Source: Myxococcota bacterium (GTDB lineage Bacteria; Myxococcota_A; UBA796; GCA-2862545). Taken from it: a DNA stretch of 64,000 nucleotides. Of this stretch, positions 10,090 through 18,986 are shown piece after piece. The position numbers and the translations under genes were made by a program. Under the pieces are notes generated by a model. It was not told the DNA's origin and did no database searches. It saw only the letters and a program-made list of their open reading frames with translations. Every line of letters begins with the position of its first letter. Position 1 is the stretch's first letter. The stretch covers positions 1-64,000 of the forward strand of contig JBCCQY010000039.1 of assembly GCA_039208735.1 (NCBI GenBank), read 5' to 3'.

Positions 10090-11034
10090 ATGGTCCCGTG
10101 CACCTGGCTCGCCACTTACCCGAAGTCCGGCACCACCTGGACGCGCTTCCTCATCCACGAGCTGCTCGTGGGCCCCGCTGCACGCTCGTCCGACCTCGAT
10201 GCCGTCATCCCATCGATCCACGCCAACCATCAGGACTGGAAACGCCACCTCGAGCGGGGCGGCATCTTGTGTACGCACAAGGAACACGGCCGCCACACCG
10301 AAAAGTACGGCACCGAAATGCACGGGTTCATCCACGTGGTTCGCCACCCAGCCGACGTCCTGCTCTCGGAGGCGCGCTTTTTCTGCCTCATGCAAGCGGG
10401 CGACGTGGAGCGGCGAGAGGGCTCGGTGGATGCCGCACGACTCGACGGACTATTCGCCGACTACCTGACCGTCATGATGCACGGGGGGCAAACCGAGAAG
10501 CATCGACGGGTGGGCATGGGCACCTGGGGCGAACACACGGCGTCATGGTTGGCGGCCCGGGCCCACTATCCGCATGTCGTCATCCGCTATGAGGATCTCA
10601 CCCAAGACCCCGTCCACGAGCTTCGCCGTATCGCGGTGTTCCTTGGCCTCGAGCGGTCGAACGACGAACTGGGAAGCATCGTAGAGCGGTGCTCGGCCGA
10701 TGCGCTTCGACGCATGCAGGAACTGGAGATCGCGCGTCGCGAGACGGGCCGCTTCTACCACGGCGACGAGTTCAAACCGGCCTACGACCTTGGGCTTCGC
10801 TTCGTCGGAAAGGCCATGGTGGGCGAAGGCAAGCAGCTCGGGGTTCAGGCGCTCGAACGCCTCGAGGAGCTCTTTGGCGAGGCAATGACCCGAGCCGGCT
10901 ATACGGCGGACCCTGACGATCCGGTGGTTGCAGCGGCGCGACTGCGCGGGCTCATCCCCTTGCCCGACGTGGCGGCGGAGGCCCTTCACGCCACGACAAC
11001 GGGGCTTGCCACACCCAAAGCCGTCGCGAGCTGA
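10090..11034 (+). CDS. PAPS-dependent sulfotransferase domain protein
   Basis: 5'-PSB motif ATYPKSGTTW, 3'-PB motif VRHPADVLLS, RYEDL. AGGAG SD before ATG 10090. Confidence 0.88.
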   Translation: MVPCTWLATYPKSGTTWTRFLIHELLVGPAARSSDLDAVIPSIHANHQDWKRHLERGGILCTHKEHGRHTEKYGTEMHGFIHVVRHPADVLLSEARFFCLMQAGDVERREGSVDAARLDGLFADYLTVMMHGGQTEKHRRVGMGTWGEHTASWLAARAHYPHVVIRYEDLTQDPVHELRRIAVFLGLERSNDELGSIVERCSADALRRMQELEIARRETGRFYHGDEFKPAYDLGLRFVGKAMVGEGKQLGVQALERLEELFGEAMTRAGYTADPDDPVVAAARLRGLIPLPDVAAEALHATTTGLATPKAVAS

Positions 11035-11126
11035 TGCGCCCCACCGGGGTTCGACCGCTGGTTGCGACTCCGCCCTCATGAGCGTAAGCCTTCTCGCCTG
11101 GTGCCCGACGCGGTGAGGAGTCTGCC

Positions 11127-12437
11127 ATGAGCGATGACGTGTTGACGCCCATGCCCACCGAGGGCCTGTGCACCGACCCGAAAAAGGCGAAGTACTGGCA
11201 GTTCGAGATGCTCGACCTCGAGGTCACCCGCCAGTTCGAAGTGTGCCACGAGTGTCGACTATGCACCGAGTTTTGCGAAGTCTTTCCCACCCTCTACACG
11301 CTGGTTGACGAAGGGCATGAGGGCAACGTCACCATGCTCACGGCAGGTGAGGTGAACGACGTCATGGATGCCTGCTTCCAGTGCAAGCTGTGCGAAGTTC
11401 GCTGCCCCTACACCCCTCAGAAGGGGCACGACTACCAGCTCGACCTTCCAAAGCTCGTGCACCGGTACAAAGCGGTCCGAGCGCGCGAACAGGGCCTCAC
11501 CGCTCGAGACCGCATGCTCGGCAATCCTGACGCGCTGGGCCAACTGGCCCGAAGCAGCGGCCGCCTGGGTCGGCAGGCGAAACCGGGCGGACTCGTCCGG
11601 TGGGCGCTGGCCACGTTCATGGGCATTGACCGCAACAGCCCCCTGCCCGACTTCGCGGCCACCTCCTTCGAAGCATGGGCCTCGAACGCCGGCGCGACGG
11701 CCAAACGAAGTGAACCCGTAGGAACGGTGCTCTTCGCGACCTGCTTCGTGAACAACCACCGTCCCGAGATCGGGCGAGACACCCTGGAGGTGTTCGACCG
11801 CAACGACATCGCGTGCAAGGTGGTCACGGGAGCCGGTTGCTGCGGCATGCCGGCCTGGGAAACGGGCGACTATGGCCGCGTACGCAAGCTCGCCGAGACC
11901 GTCCTCGACCGTGTGCACCCCCACATCGAGAATGGGGCGAAGCTCGTTGTTCCCAATCCGACCTGCGCGCGGATGCTTCGTGATGCGTATCCGGAGCTGC
12001 TCGATGACCCCCGCACCTCGGCCGTCGCCAAAGCGGTGGTGAGTCCCGAGGAGCTGCTCGGGGAGCGGCAACAAGCCGGGACGTTGAATACCGCGTTCAC
12101 CCAAGTTCCCGAGCGAATCGCCTACCACACTGCGTGCCACCTTTGTGCCCGGCGAATCGGCCGGCCAGGGCGTGACCTCTTGGCGCAGCTGCCAGGAACC
12201 TGCATCGAAACCATCGAATCGTGTTGCGGGCAGGGCGGAACCTACGGCATGAAGGCAGAGAGCGCAGACACCGCGATGCGAGTGGGCGCCTCCACCATCG
12301 ACGCGATGATCGATGCGGGCGCCGACGTCTGGGTTTCTGAGTGCGCGGGCGCCAGCCTGGCGTTCGAGCATGGGAAGGGCCGCAAGCCTGAGCACCCCAT
12401 GACCGTCCTCGCCAAAGCCTACCGGGGCGACCGCTAA
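11127..12437 (+). CDS. GlpC/heterodisulfide-reductase-related Fe-S oxidoreductase
   Basis: Two CxxCxxCxxxC clusters (CHECRLCTEFC, CFQCKLCEVRCP) and two CCG motifs. Confidence 0.9.
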   Translation: MSDDVLTPMPTEGLCTDPKKAKYWQFEMLDLEVTRQFEVCHECRLCTEFCEVFPTLYTLVDEGHEGNVTMLTAGEVNDVMDACFQCKLCEVRCPYTPQKGHDYQLDLPKLVHRYKAVRAREQGLTARDRMLGNPDALGQLARSSGRLGRQAKPGGLVRWALATFMGIDRNSPLPDFAATSFEAWASNAGATAKRSEPVGTVLFATCFVNNHRPEIGRDTLEVFDRNDIACKVVTGAGCCGMPAWETGDYGRVRKLAETVLDRVHPHIENGAKLVVPNPTCARMLRDAYPELLDDPRTSAVAKAVVSPEELLGERQQAGTLNTAFTQVPERIAYHTACHLCARRIGRPGRDLLAQLPGTCIETIESCCGQGGTYGMKAESADTAMRVGASTIDAMIDAGADVWVSECAGASLAFEHGKGRKPEHPMTVLAKAYRGDR

Positions 12438-12485
12438 CCGTCCTACCGGTTCGACCTCGCCCTTGCTTCATCGCTCGATTCACGC

Positions 12486-12522
12486 AATACTTCACGTGTG
12501 GACTATTCACGAGTGAAGTATT
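12486..12522. promoter_or_regulatory. Tandem palindromic operator, probably for MarR autoregulation
   Basis: AATACTTCAC (12486-95) and GTGAAGTATT (12513-22) are perfect inverted repeats enclosing two TTCAC-N2-GTG(G/A)A units, immediately before the marR start. Confidence 0.65.
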
Positions 12523-12523
12523 G

Positions 12524-12946
12524 ATGGGATCACGGCGTCTCTACCTGGCTCTGCAAGTCGCTGGCCATCGCGTTCGCGCCATCGCGGACCAGCAGGCGAA
12601 GGACGCCTTAGGGGTGACCGCGGCCCAGCTTGGCATGCTCTACGTCGTAGGCAGTCAGCCGGGGTGCAGTCAGCGCGACCTCGCTCAACATCTCCAAGTT
12701 CGAGAGTCCGGCGTCACCCAGGCCATGGCCCGTCTCGAGGCGCTGGGCCTCATTCGACGCGAACGCCGGGATGGCCGCTCACTCGCGCTCTTCCTCACGG
12801 AAGCCGGGGCCAAGGTCAACGAGGGTTCTCGCCCCTTGGGCACACTCCTCGAAGACCGTCTTGCCGAAGGCTTCACCAACGACGAACTGGACATCGTCCA
12901 GCGTTTCCTTCAAACCGCGACCGATCGCTTCCGGGAGCCCTCATGA
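12524..12946 (+). CDS. MarR-family transcriptional regulator
   Basis: GVTAAQ..L, SQRDLA, GLIRR, LFLTEAG winged-helix pattern. Confidence 0.9.
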   Translation: MGSRRLYLALQVAGHRVRAIADQQAKDALGVTAAQLGMLYVVGSQPGCSQRDLAQHLQVRESGVTQAMARLEALGLIRRERRDGRSLALFLTEAGAKVNEGSRPLGTLLEDRLAEGFTNDELDIVQRFLQTATDRFREPS

Positions 12947-15210
12947 CGACCTGGCATCCAACTGCGTGCATCCTCTGTAGCGAAAACTGTGGCATCGAGG
13001 TGAAGCTCGATGGCCGTCGATTCGCAGCGATTCGTGGCGACAAGGCCCACCCTCACAGCAAGGGCTACCTCTGCCAGAAAGCCTCTCGGCTCGATGCCTA
13101 CCAGAACCACACGGACCGCTTGCAGAGTCCACTCGCCCGTCAGCCTGACGGTTCCTTCAAGCCCGTGGATTGGGACACCGCCATCCGCGAGATTGCGGCC
13201 AAGATGAAGTCGATCAAGGCCGAATACGGCGGAAAGACGTTCGCCTACTACGGCGGGGGCGGGCAGGGCAACCACCTGGGTGGCGTCTACAGTTCAGCCC
13301 TGCGAGGCGCCCTTGGAACCCCCTACATCTATACGGCCCTGGCCCAAGAAAAGACTGGAGATTTCTGGGTCAACGGCAAGCTGTTCGGCAAGCAGACGTG
13401 CCACATCACTTCGGATGTCGAACACGCCGACTTGGTACTGTTTGTTGGCACCAACCCCTGGCAGTCGCATGGCTTCGCCCGTGCCCGGAAGGTGCTCAAG
13501 GACATCCAGAAGGATCCCGATCGCATGATGATCGTCATCGATCCTCGGGTGACTGAGACGGCAAAGATGGCCGACTTGCACCTGCAGGTCCGACCCGGAG
13601 GGGATGCTCACCTCCTTGCGGGAATGTTGGCGTTCATCGTTCAGGAAGGGATGCACGACGAAGCCTTCCTGGCCGAGCATTGCGCCGATGTCGACCCTGT
13701 GCTTAGCGTTCTCCGCGACATTGATGTGGGGGTGTTTGCGCGACGCGCAGGGGTGCCCGTCGCCGACCTCCGCCAGGCCGCTCTGGCCGTAGCCAAGGCG
13801 AATTCCGCCTGTGTTCGCGCCGACCTTGGGATTCAGCAGAGCCGCCACAGCACCCTCAACTCTTGGCTCGAAAAGCTCACGTTCCTGATCACGGGCAACC
13901 TGGGTAAAAAGGGCGGCAATCACTTTCACACCTTCCTGCTGCCATTGATTGGCCATTCTCCAGACCCCTCAGACCCGAAGGCGGTGCGAACGGCGGTGAC
14001 GGGAATGCATCCGATCAGCAAGCTTTACCCGCCCAATGTGCTGCCGCAGGAAATCGACACCGATCACCCCGACCGCATTCGGGCCATGGTCGTAGACAGC
14101 GCCAACCCCTTGGTCTCTGCCGCCGACACCCAGGCCTATGAATCAGCGTTCAAGAAGCTCGAACTCTTGGTGGTGATCGACGTCGCACTGACGGAAACGG
14201 CACAGCTCGCCGACTACGTGCTGCCCGCTTCTTCCCAGTTTGAGAAGGTCGAAGCTACCTTCTTCAATCTAAGCTTTCCCGACAACACGTTCCATTTGCG
14301 CCGACCGTTGCTCAAACCCCTGCCGAACACGCTGCCTGAGCCTGAAATCTACCGGCGCCTGTGTGTGGCGCTCGGCGCGATGCCCGACCGGTTTCCCGTT
14401 CTCGAGCGACTCGCCAAGCTCGATCGAGGCGCACGCCGGTTCCGGCTCTTCCCCATGGCCCTGAAAGCCCGTCTGGCACTGCAGCCTTCATTGGTTCCGC
14501 TGGCCAGTCTGGTGTTGTATGCCACCTTGGGCCGAGCGCTCCCCGAGGGACTCGACTCGGCGGCCGTGCTTTGGACGGGCGCCCAGATGTTGGCCGAAAA
14601 GCACCCGGACGCGGTGCGACGGGCCGGCGTCGTCGATGACGGATCGGGGCTTGGAGAGGCCCTGTTCGACGCGATTCTGGAGGGTCAGTCGGGCACCGTG
14701 ATGACGCACCATCGCTATGACGACACCTGGTCGTTCCTCCGCCACCCCGACAAGAAGGTTCACCTGGACATTCCAGACCTCATGCCGGAGCTTCGCGCCC
14801 TCGCCGAGGAAGACGAATCGGCCGCCGCCCCGTTCTTGCTCATGGCCGGTGAGCGACGGTCGTACAACGCCAACACCATCCTGCGCGATCCCCTCTGGCG
14901 CAAGACCGACCCCGAAGGTGCCCTGCGCATTCACCCGCAAGACGCTACGCGCTTGGGCGTGGGAGACGGTGACCGCGTGCGGGTCCAGTCGTCCCGTGGT
15001 GAAGTTGAAGTCACCGTCGAATGCTTCGACGGCATGCAGCCTGGCGTCGTCAGCTTGCCCCATGGCTACGGCATGTCGCATCCTGACGACGACGGCACAC
15101 GGGTTCAGTACGGACCGTGGATCAACCGACTGACCGATGCCGCACACTGCGACCCCCACACAAAAACACCCTTCCATAAGGGCGTTCCCGTGCAAGTTGT
15201 CCCCGCATAG
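12943..15210 (+). CDS. Molybdopterin-dinucleotide oxidoreductase (DMSO reductase superfamily, cytoplasmic)
   Basis: TACILCSENCG...CQK 4Fe-4S motif, DPRVTETA, ADYVLPA, C-terminal IHPQDA/PGVVSLPHG. No Tat signal. ATGA-coupled to marR. Confidence 0.92.
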   Translation: MTTWHPTACILCSENCGIEVKLDGRRFAAIRGDKAHPHSKGYLCQKASRLDAYQNHTDRLQSPLARQPDGSFKPVDWDTAIREIAAKMKSIKAEYGGKTFAYYGGGGQGNHLGGVYSSALRGALGTPYIYTALAQEKTGDFWVNGKLFGKQTCHITSDVEHADLVLFVGTNPWQSHGFARARKVLKDIQKDPDRMMIVIDPRVTETAKMADLHLQVRPGGDAHLLAGMLAFIVQEGMHDEAFLAEHCADVDPVLSVLRDIDVGVFARRAGVPVADLRQAALAVAKANSACVRADLGIQQSRHSTLNSWLEKLTFLITGNLGKKGGNHFHTFLLPLIGHSPDPSDPKAVRTAVTGMHPISKLYPPNVLPQEIDTDHPDRIRAMVVDSANPLVSAADTQAYESAFKKLELLVVIDVALTETAQLADYVLPASSQFEKVEATFFNLSFPDNTFHLRRPLLKPLPNTLPEPEIYRRLCVALGAMPDRFPVLERLAKLDRGARRFRLFPMALKARLALQPSLVPLASLVLYATLGRALPEGLDSAAVLWTGAQMLAEKHPDAVRRAGVVDDGSGLGEALFDAILEGQSGTVMTHHRYDDTWSFLRHPDKKVHLDIPDLMPELRALAEEDESAAAPFLLMAGERRSYNANTILRDPLWRKTDPEGALRIHPQDATRLGVGDGDRVRVQSSRGEVEVTVECFDGMQPGVVSLPHGYGMSHPDDDGTRVQYGPWINRLTDAAHCDPHTKTPFHKGVPVQVVPA

Positions 15211-15213
15211 GCA

Positions 15214-16419
15214 TCACGCGGGGGCGATAGCGGCCTCAAGCTGTGTCTGAGCCTCTTCGAGACGGTTCTTGGGAACCATGACCTCGATGGGCACCCTCGG
15301 ATCGAAGGGCCCCAGCAACATTCGATAGCCCAGACCGCGCAAGAAGTAAGGGATGTCCGACCGCTTCATGGCCCGCTGGGCAACGGCCACGCGGTATGGC
15401 TGATGAATCGGCCATGCCGCGACCCAAGGCTCGCGGGCGCTGACGCGGTAGTAAAGCTCTTCTCCGAGGTCGAACCAGAGCATGGTGGCAACTAAAGCGT
15501 AAATCATCATGGTTTCGCCACCCATTTCAAGGAATGGCCGACCGACCATGATCAGGACGGCGTAGACCGCGGCCATGGCAATGGCCGCCATAAACCCAAT
15601 CCGACCCGCATTCGCCGCTCGCGTCGCACGCACGTCGTCGCTCGGCGAACCCATGAGGGCGACGACGGAGGGCCTCCGGGAGAGAAACGCCGTCACCGCC
15701 ACCAAGGCGACGACGATGACTACGTTTCGAACCATCAGAGGGGTCGAGGACACGCCCGCCAAGTTGGGGGTGGCCACCAGCGTGAAGGCAAAGCTCAATG
15801 GATAAAGCACGCCCCACAACAGCAGATGCGGGACGGCAAACCGCCGTGCGACCAGCGTAAACGCCACAATGACCACCAAGGAAAAGAGAGCCTCTCCCTG
15901 AAGATGGGTGGCGTACGAAACCAGCTCCCGCATCTCTTCGAAGAGCAAAAACACGACGAACCCGTGCCCCAAACCGGCCTGGCCCACCCAGCGCACAAGG
16001 CCAATGAGCACCCCTGTGGCAGCCACTAAGGTCGCGGTCGCCACGACTTGGAACACCCAAGGGTCCACCCACTTGACCACCAGCGGTGGGTAGCCAGAGT
16101 GGAGCGCCAGCTGGCTTGAAAGTCCCCAAGCGTCGAGGGCGGCAAGGGCCAACCCCACCCGCACGCTCCATCGCCACAAAACGGCTCGGCCATAGGCCCC
16201 CCCTCGGACAAACGACTGTCCGCGTGGCGTCAGCATCGCGACGACCTCCACAAAGAGGAAGCCGTAGAAGAACGACGAGGAGCCCAACATCGTGAGCGAA
16301 GCCCACGGCTGAACCTGGCCAAGCGCCCAATTGACCTCTGCATGGAGAAAGGGCAAGGGAATTTGGCCCATGGCAAGCCAAATTCCAATCGCCACCAATG
16401 TGACTGCGAGTCGTGCCAT
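15214..16419 (-). CDS. Membrane protein with SecY-like N-terminal TM bundle and DUF2007-like C-terminal domain
   Basis: GQIPLP, SLTMLG, GAYGRA and TLVAATGVL..GLGHG resemble SecY TM1-5. The soluble tail resembles DUF2007. Confidence 0.65.
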   Translation of the reverse strand: MARLAVTLVAIGIWLAMGQIPLPFLHAEVNWALGQVQPWASLTMLGSSSFFYGFLFVEVVAMLTPRGQSFVRGGAYGRAVLWRWSVRVGLALAALDAWGLSSQLALHSGYPPLVVKWVDPWVFQVVATATLVAATGVLIGLVRWVGQAGLGHGFVVFLLFEEMRELVSYATHLQGEALFSLVVIVAFTLVARRFAVPHLLLWGVLYPLSFAFTLVATPNLAGVSSTPLMVRNVVIVVALVAVTAFLSRRPSVVALMGSPSDDVRATRAANAGRIGFMAAIAMAAVYAVLIMVGRPFLEMGGETMMIYALVATMLWFDLGEELYYRVSAREPWVAAWPIHQPYRVAVAQRAMKRSDIPYFLRGLGYRMLLGPFDPRVPIEVMVPKNRLEEAQTQLEAAIAPA

Positions 16420-16481
16420 TCGCCCTCCGCGAGGGCTACTGTAGCCGTTGGCTCAGCCCAAGATGTGCCCTGCGGACAAAC

Positions 16482-17153
16482 TTAGGCCGGCGGCCGGTCG
16501 GCAAGCCAGGCCTGAAGGGCATCCATCCGCTCAGCCCAGCGCTCTTTCTCGAGCTGTCGCCGGTCCTCGCTATCGAGCTTGTCGTGCTGGATCTGCACCG
16601 CGCTCTTCTCGGGTCCCTTGTCGATGAACCAGGCCGCAACGATGGTGCCGTCGGGCCACGTGAGACGCATCGACCGGTGCTCCTGGGCGGCTCGCATGAC
16701 GGTGGGTTCTCCGATCCAACGCTGCCGTACCTCATTGGCAAACGCGGCGTAAAGGGTTGCGACCGGCACCCGAAAGGTCCGGCTCTTGCTGGCCGCAAAA
16801 TCACCAGAACTCAGTTGGCCGATCTCACGCAAGCCACGGATTCGCTCGTAGCCGACGGTCACGGTCTGAGCCCACCATCCACCCATTTCGGGCCACTCCC
16901 CCCTGACGTGGGCGGCGATGGCTGCATGGTCCAGATCTCTGGCCCCTGCGGCGTCGAGCACCTCCACCCACTCAACCCACGTCTTGCCCGTGCGACGCTG
17001 CACTGCCGCATCCGACATGCCAGCGAGATCCGGGTACTCATCCATCTTTGGTGCCGGAAGGCCGACAAGCTGGGCTCGGGCGGCCGCGTAAGATTCGCCC
17101 GTCTTTTCCATACGGGCGCGAACCAGGCGCTTGAAATCTGCATTCTTGGTCAT
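16482..17153 (-). CDS. DUF4287-like plus SRPBCC/START-fold protein with a basic N-terminal helix
   Basis: N-terminus FKRLVRARMEKTGESYAAARAQL; AVQRRTGKTWVEW...GWWAQTVTV; START-like C-terminus. Confidence 0.75.
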   Translation of the reverse strand: MTKNADFKRLVRARMEKTGESYAAARAQLVGLPAPKMDEYPDLAGMSDAAVQRRTGKTWVEWVEVLDAAGARDLDHAAIAAHVRGEWPEMGGWWAQTVTVGYERIRGLREIGQLSSGDFAASKSRTFRVPVATLYAAFANEVRQRWIGEPTVMRAAQEHRSMRLTWPDGTIVAAWFIDKGPEKSAVQIQHDKLDSEDRRQLEKERWAERMDALQAWLADRPPA

Positions 17154-17389
17154 CGTGAGGCTCCCTCGAGTCGCACCGGTCCGTCACTCCCCAGCAGCAC
17201 AGACCGCGACATCGAAGAAACGAAGTGCACGATCACCAACCCGAGGATCTGCTCCCCTTTGCCTCACGGAGACCATGGCTGGGGCATGGTCGAAGAGGTT
17301 TGGCGTGGGTCGCCGCCAACCCCAGAGTAGCGCGTTGCCGTCCCCGCGCAACGGTCAAGGTCAGCGGTATGCTCGCCGCCGGAGGTCGG

Positions 17390-18607
17390 ATGATGTACGC
17401 CGCCGTTTTCGTCTTGTTGGGGTGCCCCCAGCCCATTTCCGCCGATTACGAAGCGGCTCGTTCGACCGCGCTAAAGCGCCCGGGCCCCGCGGGCTCGGAC
17501 TGGGCGCCCGACGCGATCCTCCACCTCTCCCACGACATGCTGGGCACGTTGATCACCAAGGTCCTCGTCCACTACGGCACGCTGGAGGACGACATCAACG
17601 CCCGCGTGGCCACGCTGCATCCCGCATTGACGGTGAAGGGCGTGACCCTCGGCATTGGCGAATGTGAGGAGTGCCTGTCGGTGCGGAGCAACCTGGAAGG
17701 CACGCTGGGCGTGGACACCGCAGTGGGCGACACTACCGTGCCACTGACGGTGAATGCGTTGTTCGACGCAAAGGTTTCGGTCGACAAGACCTCAGCCGGC
17801 TGGCTGCTTCAGCTCGAACCCCGTGGCTTGAAGGACCTTGACGTCCAGCTCAGCGGAGTGGGGCTCGGCTATGCAAAGACCACCGTTCAACAGTGGATCG
17901 ACAGCAATCTCCTCGCAGAGCTGCCGCCACAGGAGATCACAACCCTCGGAGGCGATGACTGGCCCCTGCGCGCCGTGAAGGTCGTGCCGCGCGAAGCCAG
18001 CCTTCAGGTACACCTGCTAAGCCGCATTGCTCAAGGCCAGCCCGTTCCCATCGTCGACGCGACCCCAGAGGGCTGGCGCCTCGACGTGTCCCCGGAAACC
18101 CTGGTGGGATTGGCCGCCGCCCAAGCCTACGAAGCGGGACCCCAGGCCCGCGATGTCATCGCCATCCCCACGACGCTTCGCCTCAAGGAGGACGCATTTG
18201 CCTTGGGCCTGCGGCTTTGGCGGCTGTCAGGTCGGGGATGGTGGCGCGATTACGAAGTGACGGGCCGCGTCAATATCGAAGGCGGCAAGTTTGCATTCAA
18301 ACCGGAAGATGCAAAGCGACTCAAGAGTTCGAAGGGCGCTGCATTCGCCGACCCGTTGGCGGCGCTCGGCCAAGGGGTCATCCTTCGCGCACTTGAAGAC
18401 GCCCTAGAAACCACACTTCCTGCAACCCACCGGGAAGATGCCGACGGCTTACGCACCCGAGTCGCGGCAAAGTCGATCACCGGCGATGCCACCCGCGTCA
18501 TTGCCGAGGGCCGGCTCATCGTGAGGCCTGTGCCCGAACGTGGAACGCGCAAAGGCAAGCGACGGAAGCGAAGAGGAAAGGGAAAGGCCAAGTCCAAAAA
18601 CCGCTGA
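17390..18607 (+). CDS. Hypothetical lipoprotein with Lys/Arg-rich tail
   Basis: GGAGG SD, lipobox LLGC, long beta-rich ORF. Confidence 0.72.
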   Translation: MMYAAVFVLLGCPQPISADYEAARSTALKRPGPAGSDWAPDAILHLSHDMLGTLITKVLVHYGTLEDDINARVATLHPALTVKGVTLGIGECEECLSVRSNLEGTLGVDTAVGDTTVPLTVNALFDAKVSVDKTSAGWLLQLEPRGLKDLDVQLSGVGLGYAKTTVQQWIDSNLLAELPPQEITTLGGDDWPLRAVKVVPREASLQVHLLSRIAQGQPVPIVDATPEGWRLDVSPETLVGLAAAQAYEAGPQARDVIAIPTTLRLKEDAFALGLRLWRLSGRGWWRDYEVTGRVNIEGGKFAFKPEDAKRLKSSKGAAFADPLAALGQGVILRALEDALETTLPATHREDADGLRTRVAAKSITGDATRVIAEGRLIVRPVPERGTRKGKRRKRRGKGKAKSKNR

Positions 18608-18660
18608 TCCTTGCCGGCCCACGCCAATCGACTGAACAGGTGTTCATGTAAGGAGGATGT

Positions 18661-18986
18661 ATGAACGAGGACTCGACGCGTTCTTCGATCGCCGCGGGGG
18701 TCGTGGGCCTGGGGCATCGCGGGATTGATCACCGCTGGCCTTCGGCGCTACGCGCCTGCAGGCACTACGCGGTCAGCTTTCGTCGCTTCGCTCCTGCAAG
18801 CTGATCAGCGGTGCGCTGGTGGTTCCGGCCATCGTGATGTACGTCGAACTCCGATCCGGGCTTGGGTCGACGTACTTCACATTGGAACTCATCATTCCCG
18901 GCCTGGCCGCCTTCCTCCCTGGCTACTTGGCGTACTGGATGCGCGAAAAGCTCTGGCCAGCTATGTCGACCGATGACGCAGGATGA
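18661..18986 (+). pseudogene. Small two-TM membrane protein gene interrupted by a TGATCA repeat plus a 1-nt frameshift
   Basis: TAAGGAGG SD, ATG 18661. Removing 18726-18801 gives GIAGLISGALVVPAIVMYVELRSGLGSTYFTLELIIPGLAAFLPGYLAYWMREKLWP. Confidence 0.6.
18726..18807 (-). repeat. TGATCA-bounded hairpin repeat, module A
   Basis: Reverse complement is nearly identical to 34095-34175 and 45774-45854. TGATCA at both ends. Confidence 0.92.
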
